Below are positions 36,885 through 45,679 of a stretch of DNA of 64,000 nt, one piece after another. Source of the DNA: a virus (taxonomy: Duplodnaviria; Caudoviricetes). A program made the translations under genes and the position numbers. Position 1 is the stretch's first letter. Each line of letters starts with the position of its first letter. The DNA is taken from positions 96,001 through 160,000 of the IMG/VR virus record IMGVR_UViG_3300011678_000001; one strand, written 5' to 3'. The notes beneath the pieces are model-generated. The model searched no databases, was not told the origin of the DNA, and worked only from the letters and a program-made list of their open reading frames with translations.

Positions 36885-37503
36885 CTCGTTTCATGTGCGG
36901 TATTCGTTCTGACCGCGGTCGCTTCACCCGTGCATCGAACGCCCGCAGAATATTGTCATTGTAGTACGCATTGTGATTCTCGACAGCCCGCGCACCGAAG
37001 GTACTGTTCTTTGCGATCGCCTCAGAATACAGACCGGGAGCTGCCATGGATTCTCTCAACTGACGGCTGATTTCCTCCTCTTTCTCCTCGTCTTCAATCT
37101 GACGCATCAGATCGCCCAACCTGCGGCCGATCTTGGCGCCTTGGTGAATCATGCGGTCCGCTTCCAGTGTATCGAGCGGCGATAGGGAATCGATGAGCAC
37201 CGTGGGTGCGTCTGGATGACTTTCGTGCGCGAAGAAGGATTCTCGCCAAGCCTCAACCGCCTCAGGCGATACAGCATGCTCCGTCAAACCCTCTATCTTC
37301 TTGCACAGTTGTTCGTCCTCAAAAGGGTCAGATTCAAGGTTGTAGTAGAGTTGTGTTTTAGACGCAGGCGTGTGGGCGAACAACCCGAGGCAGGACATCA
37401 GGGGTGTGCCGTGAAGGAGAACACTCGTGTCCATGACCGCTTTGACTGAGTCCATTGACGGACTGACCGTAACCAGTTTATCAAGAGGGTTGAATTTATC
37501 CAT
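36859..37503 (-). CDS. hypothetical protein
   Basis: 214-aa ORF; basic RGG-like C-terminus. Confidence 0.7.
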   Translation of the reverse strand: MDKFNPLDKLVTVSPSMDSVKAVMDTSVLLHGTPLMSCLGLFAHTPASKTQLYYNLESDPFEDEQLCKKIEGLTEHAVSPEAVEAWRESFFAHESHPDAPTVLIDSLSPLDTLEADRMIHQGAKIGRRLGDLMRQIEDEEKEEEISRQLRESMAAPGLYSEAIAKNSTFGARAVENHNAYYNDNILRAFDARVKRPRSERIPHMKRGGYRGRNR

Positions 37504-37611
37504 GAGGTTGTGCTTCCGGGGGTCTTGACTAAGGTTTCAACTGGATAACATGCAAACGACATAAGTCAGAGGTCGCCAAGGACGCGGCTGCATCCTCAAC
37601 GACCCAACCGG

Positions 37612-37887
37612 TTAGCCGCCAGTATGCGGCTGTGTTAATTCAACGATGGGGCCGGTACCCCATTGATCAAACCGACGCTTCAGGTGCACGTAGCGCTCCG
37701 TCATCGTCAGTTGAGCAGTCAGACGTGAATGGCCCGGATCGCTTGTTGGCGTGTTGGCCAGTACACTGCGGTACCACTTGATATCCTCTTCCATGTCGAT
37801 GATCTCGCAACCGTGCAGAGAATGGCTGTTGAGTTCGTCGTATTGGGCAGGGGTCAGAGGCCCGGTGTTTTCAACATCAGTTTCCAT
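37612..37887 (-). CDS. hypothetical protein
   Basis: Probable start at METDV; overlaps the upstream stop region. Confidence 0.6.
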   Translation of the reverse strand: METDVENTGPLTPAQYDELNSHSLHGCEIIDMEEDIKWYRSVLANTPTSDPGHSRLTAQLTMTERYVHLKRRFDQWGTGPIVELTQPHTGG

Positions 37888-38563
37888 GGTCGTTCTCTTG
37901 AGTAGGTGTAGGCGATGAGACGTGAGCGAGGGCCGCTTCAAGATTGGTCAGCGGTACCCTCCATTGTTTCCCATCTTCATCGCGATAGGTGAAAGGGTAG
38001 AAGAATTCGTCGAAGTCTTGGCGGGTCATCCACAATGTCTCGCCTGTTTTGAGGCGGCGACTGAAACACTCTCCCTCATCGACTTTAATGGTGGCGACAT
38101 ACCGTCCATGATGTAGCGTATCGTAGACGGCGTTGATGCGGACTTCCATGCCACTTCGCAGAAATGCCTTGGTCGGCGGTGCATCCGAATGGCGCGTCCT
38201 GGCGGCGATCATCATCTGATGCGCTGTCCAGTCTCCATACAGTCGGCCCTTATCAACCGGTTGCATCCATTCGGCGAGATCGGCGTCGGCCTGCTCCCCA
38301 ATGGTGACTTTGATAAGTGTCTGAGAGCCTCGCCCCAAGTTATGTCTGAGACTACCGGCGGCGGCACAGATCGCAAGCTCATTGGTCGAAGAGCCACGAT
38401 TGGTGTCGATCATATACTGCAACCAACGGATCTTGGTGGCCAGATCTTCGAAATTTGGTTCATAGTCCCTTACACATGAACGACAGAGGCCAAACTCATT
38501 CAGCGAGATTATACTCATGGCTTGTTTACATTCAATGCACGGTGCAGAATCGAGAAAATCCAT
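37877..38563 (-). CDS. hypothetical protein with N-terminal CxxC...CxxC zinc ribbon
   Basis: CIEC...CRSC; GGAG RBS; CCCTACATTATT promoter motif just upstream. Confidence 0.7.
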   Translation of the reverse strand: MDFLDSAPCIECKQAMSIISLNEFGLCRSCVRDYEPNFEDLATKIRWLQYMIDTNRGSSTNELAICAAAGSLRHNLGRGSQTLIKVTIGEQADADLAEWMQPVDKGRLYGDWTAHQMMIAARTRHSDAPPTKAFLRSGMEVRINAVYDTLHHGRYVATIKVDEGECFSRRLKTGETLWMTRQDFDEFFYPFTYRDEDGKQWRVPLTNLEAALAHVSSPTPTQENDHGN

Positions 38564-38598
38564 GGCTGATACTCCGACGTATAGGGTAGGTTCTCCTG

Positions 38599-38630
38599 AA
38601 TAATGTAGGGCCAAGAAAAAATCCATTCCG
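38599..38630 (-). promoter_or_regulatory. early-type promoter
   Basis: GATTTTTTCTTGGCCCTACATTATT; shares the TACATTAT core with 12591, 18728 and 54643. Confidence 0.55.
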
Positions 38631-38669
38631 CTATAGGGCCAGAGGATAAACCTCTGGCTTTATGTCGTG

Positions 38670-38966
38670 CTACATCGAGCCGAAGCCAAAGTCACCGGCC
38701 GCACTGATGCAGTGCGCGCTGATCTCGGTCTTACCGCCTTCAATGGCGGGTCTGAATTCAATACGGACTTCGTACTGCTCTGTGTCACCTACACACTCGG
38801 TGATTGTGATCTCCTCGTCACCCTGCATCTCCTTGTACTCGTTGATCAGACTGATCGTGAAATCACCTTCCAGTATTTCGACGCACTCCGCGCGCCAGTC
38901 TACATTGGGGTCATCCTTGAGTGCCAAGAGGTCCGTCCGGGTCATTGTCTGAGGGATCTTAATCAT
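38670..38966 (-). CDS. acidic hypothetical protein
   Basis: ATGA overlap with the upstream gene. Confidence 0.65.
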   Translation of the reverse strand: MIKIPQTMTRTDLLALKDDPNVDWRAECVEILEGDFTISLINEYKEMQGDEEITITECVGDTEQYEVRIEFRPAIEGGKTEISAHCISAAGDFGFGSM

Positions 38967-39223
38967 TGTGCGGTGTCCTCTTTCTCAGTGAACTGCTTCA
39001 TGAATAGCGATTCTGCGATTACCCAGATCTCACCCGCAGGGCGGTCGTGGGTAGGTGTCAGATTGGTGTACACCACCATCGGCCAGGAACAGTCCTGCCC
39101 ATGCTTGGCGCGGTGCAACACCTTAAACGGCAATCCCGACGGTGACAGGTACTCACAGTCTGTGCGGATCTCAGACAGGATTGTCACGGTAATGCATCTC
39201 CGCCATGACTCGACCCTTGTCAC
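38963..39223 (-). CDS. DUF1653-like protein (start uncertain)
   Basis: Y...G..F.VL..AKH......MVVY..L.......W.....F...F pattern. Confidence 0.5.
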   Translation of the reverse strand: MTRVESWRRCITVTILSEIRTDCEYLSPSGLPFKVLHRAKHGQDCSWPMVVYTNLTPTHDRPAGEIWVIAESLFMKQFTEKEDTAQ

Positions 39224-39404
39224 TGAGCATGTTAGGCAGATCCTTGGAGTAGTCCTTCTTAGCTACCCCGAGGGTAATCAATTCAGCCATGCCTGACTTG
39301 CTGGGTAGGTCTCCATCGGCCTGCGGGCCGTGATGGTACAGTTTATACATGACATCGATGGCTGCCCCGCTGACCAGGATATCGCCGATTTGATGCTGGC
39401 TCAT
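39171..39404 (-). CDS. small winged-helix-like protein
   Basis: AAGGAG RBS; DGDLPSKSG..ELI..G pattern. Confidence 0.6.
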   Translation of the reverse strand: MSQHQIGDILVSGAAIDVMYKLYHHGPQADGDLPSKSGMAELITLGVAKKDYSKDLPNMLSDKGRVMAEMHYRDNPV

Positions 39405-39413
39405 GGGAGCTCC

Positions 39414-39902
39414 TTAAGCAGTTGCAGGTTCGTTGCAAAGGGTTGTGATGCCCAGATGCGTTCCATCGAACGTCAGGCTGAAATCCTTGTGGTGATAGCG
39501 CTGAACCGGCACCCCGGCGTTCAGACGAGCCAGGAGGTTACATAGGTACATGCGCTGTGCCAATCCCTCCAGCAGGAAGGTTTCTTCATACCGACCGCAG
39601 TTGACCGTTACCACGGTGGCAGTGACCTGCTGACCGATGACTTCAAACTCAAACGAGCTGTATTTCGGTCGGTCGATCAAGCACATGATTTTCTTATCGA
39701 GAAACACCTCCCACAGCCAGCTTAACACGCTATGCATATCGAGGTGGCGCGGGCGGACATAGAGCTCGACAAACTCGGTCAGGACATCTAGGCGAATCTC
39801 GCCCAGCTGACTAAAGTCCGTGGTCGGTGAACCATTGACCGTTGAGGTGGCCTGGACCAAAGGCTCAAGACAATCGAAGAATTCCTTTGTCTCCGGTTTC
39901 AT
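39414..39902 (-). CDS. hypothetical protein
   Basis: AGGA RBS; 162 aa. Confidence 0.7.
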   Translation of the reverse strand: MKPETKEFFDCLEPLVQATSTVNGSPTTDFSQLGEIRLDVLTEFVELYVRPRHLDMHSVLSWLWEVFLDKKIMCLIDRPKYSSFEFEVIGQQVTATVVTVNCGRYEETFLLEGLAQRMYLCNLLARLNAGVPVQRYHHKDFSLTFDGTHLGITTLCNEPATA

Positions 39903-39911
39903 GACAGGTTC

Positions 39912-40121
39912 CTACTTCTGGTTGGGGTTGTTAAAGACCATGACAGGTTTGTTCTCCATGACTAAGTAATCTCCGATACGCTGACGACCCAGATGGCCAA
40001 GGGGGACTTCTTCAACGTCGATGGCCAGTGTCCGTGCCAATTCCGTCTTCCCTTCGGCTGATCCGTACTCGCCCGTTTCTGTGTTGTACACAGTGAATGT
40101 TCGGGATTCATCGTTTGTCAT
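39912..40121 (-). CDS. small protein, possible NUMOD1-like DNA-binding module
   Basis: GAGGA RBS; VYN.ETGE......TELAR.L.I pattern. Confidence 0.5.
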   Translation of the reverse strand: MTNDESRTFTVYNTETGEYGSAEGKTELARTLAIDVEEVPLGHLGRQRIGDYLVMENKPVMVFNNPNQK

Positions 40122-40143
40122 GCGGGTCCTCGTTTCATGGGGG

Positions 40144-40341
40144 TTATTTGTTGTTGGGCACCATGGGTAACGATAATGTTCTGGGCGACTCTTGTAACGC
40201 AACTTTGGTTTGTGCCATGGTGTATAGCGCCGATAATCCAATGATCAATACAGTGACTACGATCAACGACGGCCAGCCCTTATCGTGTTTCATGAAGATA
40301 CTACTGCTCTGACAAATCAAAAAGAAATGAACTGAATGCAC
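40144..40341 (-). CDS. small membrane protein
   Basis: TM segment WPSLIVVTVLIIGLSALY. Confidence 0.55.
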   Translation of the reverse strand: MHSVHFFLICQSSSIFMKHDKGWPSLIVVTVLIIGLSALYTMAQTKVALQESPRTLSLPMVPNNK

Positions 40342-40622
40342 TCATGGTCAGCCGGAATCTCCAGCTGACCGAGGGTGGCGACGGCGTGCATGCCGTCCCC
40401 TGAGCGCTCCATGATGTGAATGGTCTGAATGATGGGGTTCCCGTACCCCGTGGTCAACGCCAACGTTCGATCACCGATCTTGATAAACACTTCCAAAGGG
40501 TAATCGAACGCGACGTGAAACTCGTACGTATTGCCTTTCACAGCCAACTTGGCAGGCTGTCCTTCAATCTCATAGTGCAGCTCATTGGGATTGAAGGACA
40601 GAATGAGGTTGGACTTGGGCAT
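40317..40622 (-). CDS. hypothetical protein
   Basis: GAGGA RBS before MPKSN. Confidence 0.65.
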   Translation of the reverse strand: MPKSNLILSFNPNELHYEIEGQPAKLAVKGNTYEFHVAFDYPLEVFIKIGDRTLALTTGYGNPIIQTIHIMERSGDGMHAVATLGQLEIPADHECIQFISF

Positions 40623-40935
40623 GGGTGGCTTCCTCTGGTTCACCGCACAGTTGGCGGTAGTGGGTGTCGGTTACAACCAAGTACACCCCTTCCATGGGTT
40701 CGATGATCCAGTCACCTGGCTCAACGACCACTTTACCCCGATTCGTATCAATGATCCCCATGGCCACGTAGGTCCAGTAAGGATATCCCTTAGAACAACC
40801 CGACGTCCCGTAGAGGTCGGCAATCTCCATGTAGTGCGTAGGGCGTACCGCTGGATGATCGGCATTGTCCCGAGTCCAAGCTGGTACGCCCTTCTCATCA
40901 GGGGTGTTCCATCGAGTGGCTTTAAATTGACGCAT
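40582..40935 (-). CDS. hypothetical phage protein with PGDWII motif
   Basis: GGAG RBS; I.T..G.V.V.PGDWII motif of a widespread phage family. Confidence 0.65.
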   Translation of the reverse strand: MRQFKATRWNTPDEKGVPAWTRDNADHPAVRPTHYMEIADLYGTSGCSKGYPYWTYVAMGIIDTNRGKVVVEPGDWIIEPMEGVYLVVTDTHYRQLCGEPEEATHAQVQPHSVLQSQ

Positions 40936-40948
40936 GTGACGCTCCCTG

Positions 40949-41170
40949 TTAAACGCGGTGGGACTTCAGCAGTTCTGTGTTGGCGTAGACTTCCAACTCT
41001 GGCTCGGCTGAAGGCTCGTCCTGCTTCTCGATCTCACGGGCCATGTAGGCTGCCCAGTTGGACGTGCCGGTGAGAATGGTTGAAGGTTTGTTCAATTGCG
41101 CTTCAAGAATCCTACGCATTAATTGTTCTTGTGTCATGGTCATGCCTTTAACTGCTAGGGTGTGCCACAA
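40949..41170 (-). CDS. hypothetical protein (start uncertain)
   Basis: Short ORF filling the gap between neighbours. Confidence 0.55.
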   Translation of the reverse strand: MWHTLAVKGMTMTQEQLMRRILEAQLNKPSTILTGTSNWAAYMAREIEKQDEPSAEPELEVYANTELLKSHRV

Positions 41171-41531
41171 TATCTAACGGCACGGTGACAGTGTCGCCTA
41201 ACAAGCCGCCCACATAGCCTCGTGCCAACCAAAGTAATACATCACCGGGTTCCCCGTCGACGTTGTCACGCCAATTGGGCCCTAGGTGCTCAATCAACCA
41301 TGTGGTGATCGTTCGCCAATGTCTGTCGATCAAAGGACCGGCTTGTTTCCAATCGACATCGGCTCTGAAGAAGCCTTGATCACCCTCCACCAGTATGCGA
41401 TGGCCCGACCCATAGACCGGTGGATGAACCGTGAATGGCATACCGCGGGCTTGGGCCATGGCGTACCGTAGTGCAGACCCTCTCAAGGTACTGACAACCA
41501 CGATCACCTGTTCTGACTCGACTGCTCCCAC
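41148..41531 (-). CDS. NinX/DUF2591-like protein
   Basis: L.G.AL.YA.A.A.G and DW.QAGPLI.R motifs; AAGGAG RBS. Confidence 0.6.
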   Translation of the reverse strand: MGAVESEQVIVVVSTLRGSALRYAMAQARGMPFTVHPPVYGSGHRILVEGDQGFFRADVDWKQAGPLIDRHWRTITTWLIEHLGPNWRDNVDGEPGDVLLWLARGYVGGLLGDTVTVPLDIVAHPSS

Positions 41532-41542
41532 GTCCTGCTCCT

Positions 41543-41941
41543 TTATTGGGATCTACGTAACACTGACGCCTGACGTTTGGTATCCAGTAACCTGTCGTCT
41601 TTGGCGAGTGTGTATTCAACCGAGCCCTTGATGGCTTCACGGTCATGCCGGTTAAGCATGGGCGCTAACCAAATTCGGGCGTGTTCAACACGGGCTTTCT
41701 TATCTGGATACAGGCGCTTGTATGCACTGCTGTAACTGGCTTGCCCGTACCGTAGGTGTTCCAAGGTCCGGCGAATGCATTCGGTACGCATGACTGCAAA
41801 GCGCTCAGAGATACGGTCCTGCAACAAGATCAGGTAGTGGCTGTACGTCGGTCCCGGTAAGTCAGCGGCGTTGAACTTCTCGGTGATCGAATGTTCGGTG
41901 AAGACAGTCTCATGGACCGTCAGGGTGGGTCTGGTGTCCAT
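41543..41941 (-). CDS. hypothetical protein
   Basis: AAGGAG RBS; 132 aa. Confidence 0.7.
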   Translation of the reverse strand: MDTRPTLTVHETVFTEHSITEKFNAADLPGPTYSHYLILLQDRISERFAVMRTECIRRTLEHLRYGQASYSSAYKRLYPDKKARVEHARIWLAPMLNRHDREAIKGSVEYTLAKDDRLLDTKRQASVLRRSQ

Positions 41942-41950
41942 TCAAGCTCC

Positions 41951-42625
41951 TTAGGAACAGATGGTCTCTTGTGTGCGGAGACTCTTGACGTACTCTTCCA
42001 TGGTAACCAAGAAATACGGGGTTTTGTCATTCCAGAGCTTCTGCCCGGCCTTGGTGAACATGGTCACACTGGACAGGAAGTTCGCCTGACCATCCATCAT
42101 GACCTCTTGGCTGATCGAATGTCCTAGACGTACTTCAATCTCGGCTCGTAAGTGCTCAATGATGATTTTTGGATCACCGGCACAGGATGCATAGAGCAGG
42201 TCCGCATCACGCAAGACCATTTCAAGCTTGTTACGTGGTTCAATCCGGAAGGGGAACTCGGTACAGCGGATGGCATCTTCGGCCATGTCCAGTTCTTCAG
42301 GGCGGACGCCTGCATTGATCAGCTTCTCTTGATGGAACCGAAGGCCAGCACGTGCACGGTAAATGTTGATGCTGTCTTCCTCGACCCCTGCGGTGTGGTC
42401 GAAGTCATGGAACAACGCCGCAATCGTCAGCACCACCTCAGGTCGGATGTTCTCCATCCCCAAGTCTTCTTTCTCAAGACGCCACAGGCCTTCAGTGATG
42501 CACTGCACACCCACCATGTGGTGGTTGTTGTGATACGGTGCCTTTGCTGAGCGATTGTGGGAATCAATAATCGCCATGGCTGCGCCGAGGATTTGGCGGT
42601 GTTGGATATGCTCGACGATGTTCAT
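41951..42625 (-). CDS. HD-domain phosphohydrolase
   Basis: YHN..H, AALFHDFDH and LRDADL metal-binding motifs. Confidence 0.85.
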   Translation of the reverse strand: MNIVEHIQHRQILGAAMAIIDSHNRSAKAPYHNNHHMVGVQCITEGLWRLEKEDLGMENIRPEVVLTIAALFHDFDHTAGVEEDSINIYRARAGLRFHQEKLINAGVRPEELDMAEDAIRCTEFPFRIEPRNKLEMVLRDADLLYASCAGDPKIIIEHLRAEIEVRLGHSISQEVMMDGQANFLSSVTMFTKAGQKLWNDKTPYFLVTMEEYVKSLRTQETICS

Positions 42626-42837
42626 GCAGGTTTATTCCCTTGGGTTCTGAAACAGTTCGTGATACGCTCAGCCATGACAACCACCCACAGAACAATCTGC
42701 AGGAGTGTTAAAACAGGCACCATCAAATACATCGCGAAGGTGTTGGCCTTCAGATTGGGTTCCTTATTTCCCTCTTCCAGCAAGCACCAGACGATGCACG
42801 CCAACCACAATGCCACGATCCATCCTAGGTATTCCAT
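42622..42837 (-). CDS. small membrane protein
   Basis: Two TM segments; ATGA overlap with the HD gene. Confidence 0.65.
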   Translation of the reverse strand: MEYLGWIVALWLACIVWCLLEEGNKEPNLKANTFAMYLMVPVLTLLQIVLWVVVMAERITNCFRTQGNKPA

Positions 42838-42862
42838 TTGCTACCTTGCTCCTTACGTTCGG

Positions 42863-43105
42863 TTATTTACAGCCAGAGTGAGTTTCCACAGCGTCAAGTA
42901 ACAGTGGCCTAATCGCCACTTCCAACCCTGCCAAGTCAGCAGCGTTCATCCCCATGCCCCGAGCCAGAATCTGCCGTTGCAAGAAATCAATCTCCCGGTC
43001 AAGGATCTGTTTGATACCCTCAGCAGCAGATCGAACTTCTGGGTTGGGGTCTTGATCTTCAGCTTTGCGCAGCGGTGGTGGGAAACAATCGCCATCTGCA
43101 ACCAT
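42863..43105 (-). CDS. hypothetical protein
   Basis: AGGAG RBS; 80 aa. Confidence 0.6.
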   Translation of the reverse strand: MVADGDCFPPPLRKAEDQDPNPEVRSAAEGIKQILDREIDFLQRQILARGMGMNAADLAGLEVAIRPLLLDAVETHSGCK

Positions 43106-43120
43106 GGTGACTCCTATTGC

Positions 43121-43408
43121 TTAGAACGGCGTTCTCGACGCCTTAATATCGTCCTCTGTGCGAGGAACCCCTAGTACGATCCAACTGCCAGTAACGCCCA
43201 GGACGATAGACGCGGCTATCCAGTAGATTTCAGTCGGGCGAGACTGAGCCAGCTCGTATTTATCCTGCTCAGCGTCGATCTCCTCGTTCATACGCCGCTC
43301 GAACTCAGCTAGCGACATCCGTCGAAGATTACGCGCTTGACGAATACGAGAGCTGACCGTGGTTGCGTTCAGGCTGCCCCATTGTTCAGACAGGGTCTCA
43401 TTGGCCAT
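43121..43408 (-). CDS. XRE/Cro-like helix-turn-helix protein
   Basis: RIRQAR..R.MSL.EF.........YE.....P......A...LGV...W...G pattern; AAGGAG RBS. Confidence 0.65.
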   Translation of the reverse strand: MANETLSEQWGSLNATTVSSRIRQARNLRRMSLAEFERRMNEEIDAEQDKYELAQSRPTEIYWIAASIVLGVTGSWIVLGVPRTEDDIKASRTPF

Positions 43409-43460
43409 ACGTGCTCCTTACAGTGAAGAGGGCGGGTAATCCCGCCCTCTATGCCGACTA

Positions 43461-43739
43461 TCAGTTTCGCTTAAGGTCGCGTAGCCATTCGATCAACATG
43501 CAACCCCACCAGAGGAGGACACAGAGCACCACCAAGAGCGCTGTGATCGGCCAGAGCGTCATCATCCACCAATACTGGTCGTCAGTGAACGCGATCAGAC
43601 CCGAGCCTCGCTGATTCCAGTTATGGGGATTGCGGCGATAGTAATCCTTCCGGTACCAATGAAAGCCCAATGCTCCAACCGTCCAGATTACGGCGGTTGC
43701 CAAGATAGACAACATGCTAATTCCCGCCACGTTGATCAA
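43461..43739 (-). CDS. membrane protein
   Basis: Two hydrophobic helices; overlaps the thyA stop. Confidence 0.65.
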   Translation of the reverse strand: MINVAGISMLSILATAVIWTVGALGFHWYRKDYYRRNPHNWNQRGSGLIAFTDDQYWWMMTLWPITALLVVLCVLLWWGCMLIEWLRDLKRN

Positions 43740-44032
43740 ACAGCCACTTTCGCGGCGATGTGAGGATGGGACTCGTAACCGACCAGATCAAAGTCGTCGA
43801 TGGTGAACCCAAAGATGTCCTTGACTGCCGGGTTGATCTTCATCTTCGGCAGCGGCATCGGTGTGCGGGTCATTTGCAGATCGGCCTGTTCCAGATGGTT
43901 GCTGTACAGGTGCGTGTCGCCACCGGTCCAGATGAACTCGCCAGGAACATGATCAGTGCACTGGGCGATCATCATGGTCAGCAGGGCATACGAGGCAATA
44001 TTAAACGGGACGCCCAAAAAGACGTCCGCGGA
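43736..44032 (-). CDS. thyA: thymidylate synthase, exon 2
   Basis: Starts [18 protein letters not shown], contains [10 protein letters not shown], ends [10 protein letters not shown]. Confidence 0.93.
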   Translation of the reverse strand, partial: SADVFLGVPFNIASYALLTMMIAQCTDHVPGEFIWTGGDTHLYSNHLEQADLQMTRTPMPLPKMKINPAVKDIFGFTIDDFDLVGYESHPHIAAKVAV

Positions 44033-44321
44033 CGCTATCTTCAGATAGGTTCGTTAGGCCTACCCCGCCTCTCAGTAGCAGGCAGCTGCATGTCGCCATG
44101 CAGGCGAGATCATATCACGCTCCACTTCCTGTGGAGCCCTCCCATTTCGAGGTCACTTGACCCCTACTCTACTCACCTTGTTTATCCATCATGGCAAGGT
44201 TTTCGATGATCGTTGAACGTTCCCTTGTACGGGGCTTCGCTGCTGATTGCCTCAGTGAGGGTTCCCAGCAATTAGAGAGGTTATTCAAGATAGCTTACGC
44301 TACCAGGGCGCACTTTACTTT
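44033..44321 (-). mobile_element. group I self-splicing intron in thyA, 289 nt, no endonuclease ORF
   Basis: Exon 1 ends in U (CGT) and the intron ends in G. Core elements: P AATTGCTGGGAA (44262-44273), Q AATCAGCAG (44240-44248), R GTTCAACGATCA (44207-44218), S GTGATATGATCT (44107-44118). P1 has the U.G pair. Removal restores YQR-SADVFLG in frame. Confidence 0.92.
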
Positions 44322-45077
44322 ACGCTGGTACAGCTGGCAAGACAAACGACGCTTCGGCACGCCCTGGTCGTCCAAGTACTGATCGATCATCTGACCCAAG
44401 GCTTCGCCCTTGATGTTGTCATCGAGTTCGCACAACCAATTGGAGTACTCGCTATTGTGGCCGTCGTAACCTGGCTGAAGGATCTTCTCACGCTCTTGGC
44501 GTGTCAGCTTGACTGAGTAGAACTGGAACAGGGCATGACACGGCGGCAGGGCCATCTGATCCACCAAGGCAGGGTTCCACGCACTGACGATCAGGCGGCG
44601 ACTGTCTGGGTTCTTCTTCAGCATATCGATCAGGTTGGTAATCTGATCAATGCCTTCGTTACCACGACCCTTACACTTCGGACACGTCCACTCATTGAAG
44701 GAGACGTCGCCGAAGTCTGCATCGTTGCACTTACCCGTTCCACCACAGGTTTCGCACTTAACAGGGGTGGGCCAGCTGCGCCACTGGGCGCCATAGACCG
44801 GACCGAGTTCGCCGTTCTCATCAGCCCATTCGTCCCAAATCCGAACACCGTTCTCTTTCAGGTAACGAATGTTGGTGTCACCCTGCAGGAACCACAGCAG
44901 TTCGTGGATGATCGACTTCAGATGACACTTCTTGGTGGTCACGAGCGGGAATTGTCCTCCGCTCAGGTCAAACCGCATCTGATAACCAAAGACGCTGTAC
45001 GTTCCCGTGCCAGTTCTGTCTTCCTTGAATACACCATTGCTTCTAACGTGCCGCATCAAATCTAAATACTGCTTCAT
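44322..45077 (-). CDS. thyA: thymidylate synthase, exon 1 (with two in-frame insertions)
   Basis: [32 protein letters not shown], catalytic [13 protein letters not shown]; exactly 252 codons to the splice site. Confidence 0.95.
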
Positions 45078-45104
45078 CGTCCTTACTCCCCAGGTGTGTT
45101 AGGT

Positions 45105-45377
45105 TCAGCGAAAATAAAGTTTATGTCGGATGGGCGTTACTTGCTCAAAAGCAATCCCGGCCGTGACGCGGCACTGCTCGATGTGTTCAGCAGGAGACCA
45201 TGCCTCGGCAATGTTCTTCGTTGGGACTTCAACCGTCGTATACGCGCAGATGGCAAATGTCATCAACGCTAGACGCTCTTTATCTCGCGTGTTCCCATCG
45301 ACCATCCAGTACATCATCAACGCAAACGAAATGAATGCGAAGAGGAGGCTCAGAATGGATACGGTCCGAATGTTCAT
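45105..45377 (-). CDS. membrane protein
   Basis: N-terminal TM helix; AAGGA RBS. Confidence 0.65.
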   Translation of the reverse strand: MNIRTVSILSLLFAFISFALMMYWMVDGNTRDKERLALMTFAICAYTTVEVPTKNIAEAWSPAEHIEQCRVTAGIAFEQVTPIRHKLYFR

Positions 45378-45474
45378 GGAGGGGTTTCCTTAAATGATGG
45401 CCAATGGCTTTCATATTCCACCCAACCTATCATCTATCTGATAGGCTGGATACGTTCAAAAACACATGGCGACT

Positions 45475-45505
45475 CGGCATAAGGGGAGAGCTTCGGCTCT
45501 CCCCT
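45475..45505 (-). terminator. terminator with TATGCCG tail
   Basis: AGGGGAGAGC/GCTCTCCCCT 10-bp stem. Confidence 0.75.
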
Positions 45506-45511
45506 ATGTTT

Positions 45512-45679
45512 TCAGATGAATCCGGTCATCTGCATGATGCGTTCCATCATCAGGTAGAACGCCCAGGGGAAGCAGAAGATACTGGCAACTGTTGACCAAA
45601 AACCCTTCGCCAAGACCACGCCGCCAACCCAGAAGGTAAAGAACAGAATCACGGTGAGGTAACGCATTGCCCATTTCAT
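45512..45679 (-). CDS. small membrane protein (55 aa), not in the ORF track
   Basis: Translated by hand: MKWAMRYLTVILFFTFWVGGVVLAKGFWSTVASIFCFPWAFYLMMERIMQMTGFI; ATGA overlap with the upstream stop. Confidence 0.65.
   Translation of the reverse strand: MKWAMRYLTVILFFTFWVGGVVLAKGFWSTVASIFCFPWAFYLMMERIMQMTGFI

Noticed and set aside
43736-45077. thyA as a pseudogene or intein-containing gene
   Set aside because: The interruption has in-frame stops and a full group I core, and its precise removal restores the frame
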